A DNA stretch of 64,000 bases, taken from Thermoplasmata archaeon (lineage in GTDB: Archaea > Thermoplasmatota > Thermoplasmata > Lutacidiplasmatales > UBA184). Where the stretch lies: positions 96,001 through 160,000 of the forward strand of contig JAGWLG010000001.1 of the NCBI GenBank assembly GCA_028864975.1, in the 5' to 3' direction. Position 1 is the first letter of the stretch; each line of letters opens with the position of its first letter. The translations under genes and the position numbers were made by a program. Below are positions 1 to 8,505 of the stretch, piece after piece. The notes beneath the pieces were generated by a model. The model was not told the DNA's origin. It searched no databases and saw only the letters and a program-made list of their open reading frames with translations.

Positions 1-312
1 TGGAGCTCGACGACCGGCATCGGGTATCTCGTGGCCGTCTACGGGGGGAACCCCCGCCAGGTGAACATGCTCGCCCAGTTCGTGGGTATCGTGATGACCT
101 TCTTCGCGCCAATCTACTACCCTGTCACCGCCTTGCCCCTCGCGGCCCAGTACGTGGCCTACGCCTGGCCCCTCACGTGGGGGGCCATCCTCCTGAAGGC
201 CCTCTTCGCTTCGAACCTCACCCAGGCCGCGATCGCGATCCTCGTGCTCTCGCTCTACACCGCGGCAGGGTATGCCCTGATCGCGCTCGGGCTGCGCTGG
301 CGCGCCAAGTGA
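1..312 (+). CDS. ABC-2 type transporter permease, C-terminal part (5' end outside window)
   Basis: Frame open from base 1; hydrophobic helices and the motif FFAPIYYPVTALP...AYAWPLTWG, typical of ABC-2 permease C-termini. Confidence 0.75.
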   Translation, partial: WSSTTGIGYLVAVYGGNPRQVNMLAQFVGIVMTFFAPIYYPVTALPLAAQYVAYAWPLTWGAILLKALFASNLTQAAIAILVLSLYTAAGYALIALGLRWRAK

Positions 313-330
313 GCGTACTGGGGGACTCCG

Positions 331-984
331 CTAAAGGAGGGGTCCGCTCACGCTGACCGTGTAGGGGATCTTCGAGCCGCTCTGGTACCCGCTCAGGATG
401 GCGCCGACGACCGAGTAGGTCCCAGTAGTCGTAGTGGTGAAGGTGCAGCTTCCCGAGGCGGCCCCGGTGCTCGCCGCGGGGCTCGAGCAGGTGATGTTCG
501 AGTAGGTCTGCAGGTCGTGATAGCAGCTCCCCAGGAGGGTACACGCGCCCTGGATCACCACGATGCCCCCCATGGCGGTCGAGGGAGTGGTGCTCCAAGA
601 GATGACCACCGAGCCCGAGGCGCTCAGGTTGAACTGGCTCTCACCGATCCCCTGTCCGCTCTGGCCGTTGGAGAACGTGTACACGGTGCCGGACGTGGAG
701 CCCCGGCCCAACGGGACCAGGAAGAGTACCAGGAGCGCGACGACCGCCACCACGGCGACGACCACGACCGCGGCGATCTTCTTTCGGCTCTTCTTAGGAG
801 GCGGTTGCCCCATGGGGGGGTACCCGGGGTAGCCCTGCGGTGGGTACCCCTGGGGGGGATACCCGTAGTCCTGTCCTCCGTACTGCGGGCCGGGGCCATA
901 GGCGGGCGCGTAGCCCTGGCCACCGGACGGGTCGTAGTAGCCCGGCGGCGCGTAGGGGTCCCCCGTCGGGGGATCGCCGGCCAA
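331..984 (-). CDS. Single-pass membrane protein: Y/P/G/Q-rich N-tail, TM, extracellular beta-rich domain with Cys pairs
   Basis: ORF 331..1008; TTG at 984 preceded by GGAGGG, 1 nt after the upstream stop; PQGYPPQGY repeats, KKSRKK then a hydrophobic stretch. Confidence 0.7.
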   Translation of the reverse strand: MAGDPPTGDPYAPPGYYDPSGGQGYAPAYGPGPQYGGQDYGYPPQGYPPQGYPGYPPMGQPPPKKSRKKIAAVVVVAVVAVVALLVLFLVPLGRGSTSGTVYTFSNGQSGQGIGESQFNLSASGSVVISWSTTPSTAMGGIVVIQGACTLLGSCYHDLQTYSNITCSSPAASTGAASGSCTFTTTTTGTYSVVGAILSGYQSGSKIPYTVSVSGPLL

Positions 985-985
985 T

Positions 986-1408
986 TCAGCGCCCTCCGCC
1001 CAGGGCATCCTTCTGCTCGAACTCCGCCTTGCGGAAGAAGGAACGGGAGAACCCCAGGAGCATGACCCCGACGCTGATCAGGATCACTCCGTAGCCGATC
1101 ATGTCGAAGATCCCCTGGAGGGCGCTCTGGCTGCAGCTGTTGCTGGTGTAGGCGCACCCCATGTACTGGAGCCAGAAGGTCCCCTCGAGGATGCCGCCCA
1201 CCCCGGCAATCACCGACCCCAGGAGGCCGAAGAGGAAGGCGAGCATCGCCTTCTTCCCCCGTCCGGACCCGGGCGAGGCATAGGCGGCAGCGGGTGCGGC
1301 GTAGGGGGCCCGGGCGGGCCATCCCTGCGCCCCCCCTCCGTAACCGGGTTGTTGGGCGTAGCCTCCTTGCGTGGCGTACGCTTCCTGGGGGTATTGCGCT
1401 GCGGCCAT
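986..1408 (-). CDS. Two-TM membrane protein with Y/Q/G/A-rich N-tail
   Basis: ATG at 1408 with GGAG upstream; AQYPQEAYATQGGYAQQPGY tail, two hydrophobic helices flanking a CAYTSNSC loop. Confidence 0.7.
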   Translation of the reverse strand: MAAAQYPQEAYATQGGYAQQPGYGGGAQGWPARAPYAAPAAAYASPGSGRGKKAMLAFLFGLLGSVIAGVGGILEGTFWLQYMGCAYTSNSCSQSALQGIFDMIGYGVILISVGVMLLGFSRSFFRKAEFEQKDALGGGR

Positions 1409-1579
1409 TACTCCGATCCTCATCGAACGCACGGTTCTCACGCTATTTGAATCGATTCCAGCATCGGCGAGGGGTCCGGTGCCATCGGAGTTTCGCTTGG
1501 TCTGCGCCGGCGAACGACGGCCTTGCGCGGCTTCACGAACCCGTGGAGGGGACGGTGGCAAGGGTAGATATGTATATGT

Positions 1580-1595
1580 ATATTCATATGAATAT
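1580..1595. promoter_or_regulatory. Perfect 16-bp palindrome ATATTCATATGAATAT in the vapB promoter; putative autoregulatory operator
   Basis: Exact self-reverse-complement, 9 nt upstream of the vapB ATG, in an AT-rich patch. Confidence 0.6.
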
Positions 1596-1604
1596 CGCAC
1601 CACT

Positions 1605-1826
1605 ATGACCTCCAAGACCCTGATGATCCGACGGCCGGTCTACGACGCCCTCCGAGAAGAGAAGCGGAAGGGGGAGAGCTTCTCGAAGGTGATCGAGCGG
1701 CTTCTCTCGCGGCGCCACGCTCTGGAGTCGCTCTTCGGGATCTGGGGGGTCGGCCGCCGCCGAGGACCCCGCTCTGGTGCGGCGAAGGCGTCGGCCCGAA
1801 GGCGGGCCGCGGGAGGGCGGCTGTGA
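1605..1826 (+). CDS. vapB: VapB-type antitoxin (archaeal UPF0330/DUF217-like)
   Basis: MTSKTLMIRRPVYDALREEKRKGESFSKVIERLL pattern; GTGA overlap with a downstream PIN gene. Confidence 0.8.
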   Translation: MTSKTLMIRRPVYDALREEKRKGESFSKVIERLLSRRHALESLFGIWGVGRRRGPRSGAAKASARRRAAGGRL

Positions 1827-2269
1827 AGTGCCTGGACACTCCCCTGCTCGAGGACCTGTTGATGGGCCGTCCGTCCTCGAGAAGGTGGATGGGCGCCCTC
1901 AAAGGGAGCGCCGAGCTCGCGACGACCGAGGTCAACCTGTTCGAGCTGACCCTTGTGGCGTTGAGGGGCCCTCGTCGGACGTGGACCCCCCGGCTCCGCT
2001 CTCTCGAGGAGGTGCGCAGGGCGCTCACCCTCCTCCCCCTCGATGCCGAGGCTTCCCGGAGGGCTGCCGGTATCCTTCAGCGGGGTCGAGGTGCTGCCGG
2101 GGGTCTCCTCCCCCTGGTCGTAGGGGTCTGCCTTGCCCATGGGGTGGGGGAGCTCTATACGACCCGGCAGCGGAAGGTGCCGAGAAATGTGGCCCCGCTC
2201 AGGATCGTCCATGTCGGACATTCGAACCCCGTTTCCCCGACAAAGAGGGCCCGTACTGCTGACCTGTGA
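1823..2269 (+). CDS. vapC: VapC/PIN-domain toxin, apparently degenerate active site
   Basis: N-terminal LDT, central NLFEL, ~140 aa PIN layout, coupled to the antitoxin. Confidence 0.75.
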   Translation: MKCLDTPLLEDLLMGRPSSRRWMGALKGSAELATTEVNLFELTLVALRGPRRTWTPRLRSLEEVRRALTLLPLDAEASRRAAGILQRGRGAAGGLLPLVVGVCLAHGVGELYTTRQRKVPRNVAPLRIVHVGHSNPVSPTKRARTADL

Positions 2270-2374
2270 CCCCCCTCTGAGGGCCATTTGTCATACATTC
2301 TATCTTCAGTAAAGCATGTATCGTTACTATATGTCTGTGGAAAGCATTCGCTGTAGTTCTTAGGGGTCCAATTG

Positions 2375-2396
2375 CCGTATAACTGCTGTTATACGG
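2375..2396. repeat. 9-bp inverted repeat CCGTATAAC-tgct-GTTATACGG in the AT-rich intergenic region
   Basis: Read directly from the sequence. Confidence 0.7.
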
Positions 2397-2842
2397 ACCC
2401 TCGAGGGGGGCGTGAAGAAAGGGGGGTTTGGCCCTTGGGAGGCTCCTGCCTACGTGCGACCGCCCGTTCGGGGCTGGGAGGGGCCTTTCTGTCGTTCCTC
2501 CTCGAGGATCCTCTCATTGAGTTACGGTCAATGCTTGTCTGTATCTCACTGTAGCGGTCCATACGTTTCTCAGGAGCGTATTTTCCGTGCATGTGAGCAG
2601 ATCAGGGTTCCGGGCCGGGAAAAGTATTTTTGTGATATATTGTTGCCTTCTAATAATATAAATCAATAAAACAAAAACGGCAACTCGTTGACGCGTGAAC
2701 GAATTCGACCGGACGTCGCCCACCGCCCCTCCTACCCACCTCTTCGTCCCGGTTCACCCGGGGCGGGGTCGAGCAATTGCATTCAAATCCGTGCGAGCGC
2801 TCGGACCCGCGTGCGGTACGAGGCGGTCGTGCGCACGCTCCG

Positions 2843-3793
2843 ATGACGCGGCGTGTGCTCTTTGTCCGGGACTCGACCCCGGTCTCGCCGGCCCACTACC
2901 TGCATCGGGCCCTCGAGGACGAGGGGGCGGACGTCTATCCGATCTACATCGACCGGTTCCGATGGAGCTACCAGTACGGCAATCGGCTTCCCGGACTTCG
3001 CTCTCAGTGGCCGGACCTCTACTATCAACCCTCTTTGGGGCCGCTACGACGCTGGGGCCGATTCGACCTGGTCCTGGTCTCGGACTGGCTCCGAGTGCCG
3101 GAGAAGGTGCTGCGCCTCGGGAAGCTCTCCGCTTTCTGGGCCTTCGACCCCGAGCTGAGGCCGGACAGCGCGTTCTACGACGGCCGCCATCGATACCGGG
3201 ACCTGCCTCCGTTCGACCTGATCTTCAACTCGCAGCCGACGCTCGGTGCGTGGCTCAAGGACGACTATCCCTCCTCGAAGGTGTACACGCTGCCTTTCGC
3301 GGCCCCCCGTCACCTCTACGCCGGCCTCCACGGAGCGAGGAGCCGCCCCAGCGGCTTCGTCGGGACCTTGAAGGCCGGGAAGCGCCTCTCGTTCCTCCGT
3401 GAGCTTGAGCGAAAGGTCCCTGGGTTCTACCTTCCCGAGGACCGGCTCTTCACCCCTTGGGAGTACGCGACGGAGATGTCGACCCTACGCGCCTCCGTCA
3501 ACCTCTCCGAGAACCACGAGGTTGCCATCCGCGCCTTCGAGGCGGTGGCGGCAGGCTGCATCCTGGTCCAGGACCAGGTCGCCGACCTCGAGACCTTGCT
3601 GGGGGACGAGCTCTACCGCATCGGGGTCGTAACGTTCCAGGAGCAGGACCGGGCCCCCGAAGCCATCAGGACCGCTGTGGGGCGGAGTGCGTCCGACCCG
3701 ACCGTGCATGACCGCATCCGAGCGCTCGCGCTCCGGGACCACTCCTACCACGCCCGCGCTAGGGAGATCCTTCGTCGCTCGGGACTTTCGTAG
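2843..3793 (+). CDS. Glycosyltransferase, CgeB-like GT-B family
   Basis: ATG at 2843 (MTRRVLFVRD); C-terminal SGFVGT...ASVNL...AIRAFEAVAAG...HSYHARAREIL pattern. Confidence 0.75.
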   Translation: MTRRVLFVRDSTPVSPAHYLHRALEDEGADVYPIYIDRFRWSYQYGNRLPGLRSQWPDLYYQPSLGPLRRWGRFDLVLVSDWLRVPEKVLRLGKLSAFWAFDPELRPDSAFYDGRHRYRDLPPFDLIFNSQPTLGAWLKDDYPSSKVYTLPFAAPRHLYAGLHGARSRPSGFVGTLKAGKRLSFLRELERKVPGFYLPEDRLFTPWEYATEMSTLRASVNLSENHEVAIRAFEAVAAGCILVQDQVADLETLLGDELYRIGVVTFQEQDRAPEAIRTAVGRSASDPTVHDRIRALALRDHSYHARAREILRRSGLS

Positions 3794-3798
3794 CGAGC

Positions 3799-4842
3799 TT
3801 ATCCGAGCTTCCGGTAGAGGCCGGAGAGCTCCCTCCCCACGAACTCGTCCGAGTACGGGCGGAGCACCTCCGGGCTCGGGGTGAAGTCCCCCTCGGAGAG
3901 GGCGCTCTCGATGGCGCCAGCGAGCCGCTCGACCATTTTGGGATCCTCTCCCCCCTCGAGCACCCTGCGGCAGTCGTACCGATAGTAGTGGACCCCGTTG
4001 GCATGCCCGTAGTCCTTGGTGAAGTTGAGCACCTCGGGCACGACGATCCGCGTCCCTCGTGCATAGGCGTCGAACACGGCGATCGGGAACCCCTCGTAAT
4101 AGCTCGAGTTCACGAACGCGTGGCTCGAACGGTAGAGCTCGTCCAGGCGCGCGAAGGGGACGGGGTACTCCGGCAGGTCCAGGTCATGGAGCCGACGTAC
4201 CTCCCGGAGCCAGCGGTCGATCTTGGAGTTCTCCTCGGTGTATTCGGGTTGACGATGCAACAGGAAGCAGACCTTTCGTCGTCCGGGGACCTTCAGGAGG
4301 GCCTCGAGGAACTTGGCGGGGCCTTTTCGAGGGTGGTTCCCTCCGACCCACAGAAGGTCGTAGGCCCGCTCCTTGCGACCGGCGGACGGAGCTTGAAGTG
4401 GCAGACGGATCAGGTGGGTCTTGCGATGGGCCCCCTCGCCCAGGAGCTCCCGGATCTCCTCCTGGATGGCCGGGTTGATGGCCACGATCGCCCGGGCCCT
4501 GGCCGCGGCACGGCGGTACCTCCAGGAGGTCCAGAGCCGGTCCATCGACCGTTGCGTCCGGTCGTAGAACGGGAAGAGGATGTGGTAGGTGACGACGTCA
4601 GCCCCACGGAATGCGACCTCGGGCTCCACGGCGTGGTAGAGATGATCCCGGTCGTAGGAGCGCGTCAGGAACTGGAATGCCGGCTTGACCCGCCCGCCCA
4701 GCCGCGCACCGTACCGCAGCCCGACCGGGAAGGTCTCCGCCTTCTCGCCCTGCGTGGCCAGCGCTCGTTGGTAGTACTTCGCGGCGTTGCTCATGCTGCT
4801 CGGATGCGTCCGCTCGAGGAAGGCGTAGCGGACCGTCCTCAC
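3799..4842 (-). CDS. GT4-family glycosyltransferase
   Basis: GTG at 4842 overlapping the upstream stop (GTGA); RKGPAKFLEAL and SYYEGFPIAVFDA motifs. Confidence 0.8.
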   Translation of the reverse strand: MRTVRYAFLERTHPSSMSNAAKYYQRALATQGEKAETFPVGLRYGARLGGRVKPAFQFLTRSYDRDHLYHAVEPEVAFRGADVVTYHILFPFYDRTQRSMDRLWTSWRYRRAAARARAIVAINPAIQEEIRELLGEGAHRKTHLIRLPLQAPSAGRKERAYDLLWVGGNHPRKGPAKFLEALLKVPGRRKVCFLLHRQPEYTEENSKIDRWLREVRRLHDLDLPEYPVPFARLDELYRSSHAFVNSSYYEGFPIAVFDAYARGTRIVVPEVLNFTKDYGHANGVHYYRYDCRRVLEGGEDPKMVERLAGAIESALSEGDFTPSPEVLRPYSDEFVGRELSGLYRKLG

Positions 4843-6026
4843 GGGGCCTCCCCTCCACGACCGCCGGCGCGCGTGGGGCTGTGGACACGCTCGAGCGCCT
4901 TCGCCAGGACCCGCCGAAGCTCGTGGGCCTGGGCCTCCCATGTCCACTGGGCAAAGGCGGCGTGCCCACTCTCCCCGACGCGCCGCATCCGTCCGGGATC
5001 GTGAGCGAGCTCGACGAGGACATCGGCGAGGGCCTTGGCATCGCCCGTGGGGACCTCGAGGAGGTCCCTTCCGCGGGTCCCTAGGTCCACGGAGACGTCC
5101 GGCGTGGTCACGATGGGAAGTCCTAGGGCGGCCGCTTCGGGGATCGGAAGAGGTGAGCCCTCGTAACGGGTCGGGAAGACGAAGGCATCCGAGGCGGCGA
5201 GCATCCTTCGCTTCTCTTTCCCGTCGATGAAACCGAAGCCGATCTCCTCCTCGGTGGTGTCCTTCGTGCTCCCAGCCTGCAGGATCCTCCAAGGGGCCCC
5301 TCGCGCGCGAGCGAGATGGACGGAGTCTCGCAGCACGTCCAGTCCCTTGCGCTTCCAGTCGACGCCGACGAACGACGCATAGAACGTACCCTCAGGCAAG
5401 CCGAGATCGGACCGTGCTTGACGACGTTCCTCGGGGGAGATGGGCGGGACCGGGTCGAACCCGTTCGGCAGTACCGCGATCTTCTCCTCCGGGATGCCGT
5501 ACAGGGCTCGCAGATCGCGACGGTTCATCGAGGAACAGGCGATGATGAGGTCCGCCTTGCGTACGTTCCTCTTCTCGAACCAAGGGATGATCCAGCGTTC
5601 GAAACCCAACCCCAGCTGATCTCGGGGCCGGGTACGCTCCCCGAAGCCAAGGAAGCGGGGGCCCACTCCCTGGAACCAGTCGACGCCCAGGATCCCCAGC
5701 CTATGTGCGCGGTTGAAGAGCCACCCCGCCCCGGAGTCGGCGGTGGAGATGATCACATCGAAGGAGCGGTCCAGCTCTCCTCGGACCCGCAGGGGTACCT
5801 CCCAACTGGGCAGCCGCGTGCGCCCTCCCGAGCTCCAGCTGCGGACGGGGGCAGCTTGGATCCCCTCCCAAGAAGGGGCACCACGAGGACGGCCATCGCG
5901 CGTTGGGTAGAAGGCGACCACCTCGTCCCCTTCGGCGACAAGGACCCGGCCGACGGCGCGGAGGAAGCGGGTGTGGCTCCAGATGCTCTCAGCCGGGTGG
6001 GCGTGGAAAACGATCCCGATCTTCAT
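4839..6026 (-). CDS. GT4-family glycosyltransferase
   Basis: MKIGIVFH start; KRKGLD and YEGSPLPIPEAAALG (EX7E) motifs. Confidence 0.85.
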   Translation of the reverse strand: MKIGIVFHAHPAESIWSHTRFLRAVGRVLVAEGDEVVAFYPTRDGRPRGAPSWEGIQAAPVRSWSSGGRTRLPSWEVPLRVRGELDRSFDVIISTADSGAGWLFNRAHRLGILGVDWFQGVGPRFLGFGERTRPRDQLGLGFERWIIPWFEKRNVRKADLIIACSSMNRRDLRALYGIPEEKIAVLPNGFDPVPPISPEERRQARSDLGLPEGTFYASFVGVDWKRKGLDVLRDSVHLARARGAPWRILQAGSTKDTTEEEIGFGFIDGKEKRRMLAASDAFVFPTRYEGSPLPIPEAAALGLPIVTTPDVSVDLGTRGRDLLEVPTGDAKALADVLVELAHDPGRMRRVGESGHAAFAQWTWEAQAHELRRVLAKALERVHSPTRAGGRGGEAP

Positions 6027-6274
6027 CGCCACGACCACGCGCCCACCGTCCTACGGCCACCATTATATCGAAGCTTCCGGGTGGCCGCCCCCAAGGTTGT
6101 CGGAGCGCGGGCCCCTTCGTCCGGGTGCGAGCCGTCCGCGTGGGGCCTTCCATCGCTTGCGCTTCAGGTGGAGCTCGCCGGAGTTGCTGTCAAACCTGCT
6201 TGACCGCCGGTTATAGACCCCGAGCCCGCGTAGAACGGAGTGTCCAGGGTCATGCGGTCGCCCCGGAAGGGTCT

Positions 6275-7309
6275 ATGTCGTGGGGGAGCGTCGCTCGCGC
6301 CCTATCGGGTGCGCTCGGGGCAACTTTCGTCCTCCTCCTCTTGCTCGGAGGAGCGGTCTCCTCGGCGTCGGCGGCGCCTAGCAGGTCGGAGGGCGGGGTA
6401 CCGGACCCTCCGGCTTTCGATGTCGAGATCGCGGCCACCCCTCAGACCGGTCCGCCACCTTTGGACGTGAGCTTCGCGGCAGCGGTGGCGGGGGCCGTTG
6501 GGTCGGTCAACATCACCTGGCAGTTCGGAGATGGCGGCACGTCCCGAGGAGTGGACGCGACCCACCTCTACAAGGTTCCCGGGACCTACACGGCGAAGGC
6601 GATCGCGGTCGACAGCACGGGTAGCTCGGCGTCCGCCGAGATGAACATCTCGGTGGGGGCCGCGGCGGTGGCGAGCTCGGGGGATTGGAACTTCTTCGGG
6701 CTCTCCCTCGGTGAACTCCTGATCCTGGCCGCGATCGTGGCAGGAGCCGCGCTCTTGGTAGGACCGGTCCTTCGGCTCGCTCACCTGGAGCGGTTCGTCA
6801 TGGAGCGGGGAAGGCGCCCCGTCCGTGGTGTAGCGGCCCCCTCGGGGGGCCCGGACCTCCTTCCCGGTGGGCGGCCGGTTCCCATGGCTTTCGTTCCCTT
6901 TTCGCTGGGACTTCGGTCCGTGGCGCGAACCATTCATCGACGGCCAGGAGGGGACGTGAGCTCCCTGCCCGAGGTGAAGGTGGCTCCATGGCCCGCTCCT
7001 TCCCCTCCCCGGTCCAGCTCCCGCACGCGGATCACCCGACGAGGCGACCCCCAGGTCCCGGGGGTCATCTGGGTCCGCTCTCCCGGGGCGGCTTGGGAGA
7101 GGGTGGGCACGCTCCCCTGGGCGAAGGCCAGCTTTCCATGGCTCGAGGCGTACCGGCGGACCAACGGTCTCACGGCCGAGACCTGGGTCTGGGTGCTGCC
7201 GAAGGGATCACGGCCGACCTCGGCTCCCTCCCGGGTGGGGAACGCGCCGACGAGCGCTCCTCCGCGCGGGCCCGCCCCCCTCGGGCGAGCTTCGCTCCGG
7301 CGAGTATAA
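6275..7309 (+). CDS. Secreted/membrane-anchored PKD-domain protein with basic low-complexity C-tail
   Basis: ATG at 6275; signal-like hydrophobic segment; GPPPLDVSF...WQFGDG...HLYKVPGTY PKD signature; second TM. Confidence 0.75.
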   Translation: MSWGSVARALSGALGATFVLLLLLGGAVSSASAAPSRSEGGVPDPPAFDVEIAATPQTGPPPLDVSFAAAVAGAVGSVNITWQFGDGGTSRGVDATHLYKVPGTYTAKAIAVDSTGSSASAEMNISVGAAAVASSGDWNFFGLSLGELLILAAIVAGAALLVGPVLRLAHLERFVMERGRRPVRGVAAPSGGPDLLPGGRPVPMAFVPFSLGLRSVARTIHRRPGGDVSSLPEVKVAPWPAPSPPRSSSRTRITRRGDPQVPGVIWVRSPGAAWERVGTLPWAKASFPWLEAYRRTNGLTAETWVWVLPKGSRPTSAPSRVGNAPTSAPPRGPAPLGRASLRRV

Positions 7310-7363
7310 GGAAGAGCAACTCTCCTCCCCTCCCCGGCGGGACACCCGGGAGGGCATCGGAGC

Positions 7364-8479
7364 ATGACCAAGGTCCTGGTCACGGGAGGGGCGGGGTTCA
7401 TCGGAGGGCATCTCGTCGACGCGCTCGTGGCCCACGGGGACCAGGTCCACGTTATCGATCCCCTTCTGCCGCAGGTGCATCCCTCCCCACCCGACTACCT
7501 GAACCCCAAGGCCAAGTATCACAAGAGCGACGTGGCGGAGGCCCGGGTCCTCTCGAAGCTGCTACCGGGGGCCGAGGTTATCTTCCATCTCGGTGCCGCC
7601 GTGGGGACCGCGCAGAGCATGTACCAGGTCGACGGGTACGTTCGTGAGAACTCCCTCGGGACCGCGAAGCTCCTCCAGGCGCTCATCGACCGGAAGCTTC
7701 GACCCCGAAGGCTCGTGGTCGCTTCGTCGAACACGATCTACGGGGAGGGCCGGTACCGCTGCGCCAAGTGCGGGCCCATCGCTCCGGGGCTCAGGAGCGA
7801 GGAGCAGCTCCTCAAGCACGACTGGGCGGTCCACTGCCCCATCTGTGGGGCTCCTGCGCAACCGGCTCCGACGGAGGAGGGGAAGCCGCTCGACCCGAGC
7901 ACCGTCTACGCCATGACGAAGTACGACGAGGAGAAGCTCTCCCTCATGATCGGGGAGGCCTACGGGATCCCCACCGTCGCGTGCCGCTTCTTCAACACCT
8001 ACGGGCCCCGCCAGCAGCTCCACAATCCCTACACGGGGCTCACCGCCATCTTCCTCAACCAGATCCGCAACGGCCACGCCCCGATCGTCTACGAGGACGG
8101 CTTCCAGACCCGGGACTTCGTGAACGTGCACGACATCGTGCGGGGTCTCCTCCTGGCGATGGAGCGCCGCGAGGCGGTGGGACACGCCATCAACCTTGGG
8201 ACCGGGAAGGGGACTTCGGTGCGAGAGGTCGCCCGGCTGCTGATGGACCTTGAGGCACGGGAGTTGCCGCTCAACACCCCGAACAAGTATCGCCCCGGGG
8301 ACGTGCGACATTGTACGGCGGACATTTCTCTCGCGCGCAAGCTCCTGGGCTACGAGCCCAAGATCGACCTCAGGACCGGTTTGGCGGAGCTCCACGCCTG
8401 GAGCCGCGAACGACGCACGGAGGACAAGGTCCGAGCCGCGAACCAGGAGCTCGTGGACCGGGGCATCCTCAAGGGCTGA
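7364..8479 (+). CDS. NAD-dependent epimerase/dehydratase (extended SDR, WbiB-like with CxxC insertion)
   Basis: GGAGFIG, YAMTK (YxxxK), RFFNTYGPRQ; CAKC and CPIC insertion. Confidence 0.9.
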   Translation: MTKVLVTGGAGFIGGHLVDALVAHGDQVHVIDPLLPQVHPSPPDYLNPKAKYHKSDVAEARVLSKLLPGAEVIFHLGAAVGTAQSMYQVDGYVRENSLGTAKLLQALIDRKLRPRRLVVASSNTIYGEGRYRCAKCGPIAPGLRSEEQLLKHDWAVHCPICGAPAQPAPTEEGKPLDPSTVYAMTKYDEEKLSLMIGEAYGIPTVACRFFNTYGPRQQLHNPYTGLTAIFLNQIRNGHAPIVYEDGFQTRDFVNVHDIVRGLLLAMERREAVGHAINLGTGKGTSVREVARLLMDLEARELPLNTPNKYRPGDVRHCTADISLARKLLGYEPKIDLRTGLAELHAWSRERRTEDKVRAANQELVDRGILKG

Positions 8480-8505
8480 TGGTCAGAGGAGGTCGCGCGC
8501 CAACG

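Noticed and set aside
2205-2240. GGTTCGAAT on the minus strand resembling a tRNA T-arm
   Set aside because: No complementary T-stem or cloverleaf; lies within vapC
2389-2723. Short ORFs in the AT-rich gap (2389..2592-, 2514..2723-, 2412..2669+)
   Set aside because: No motifs, atypical codon usage and no ribosome-binding or coupling evidence
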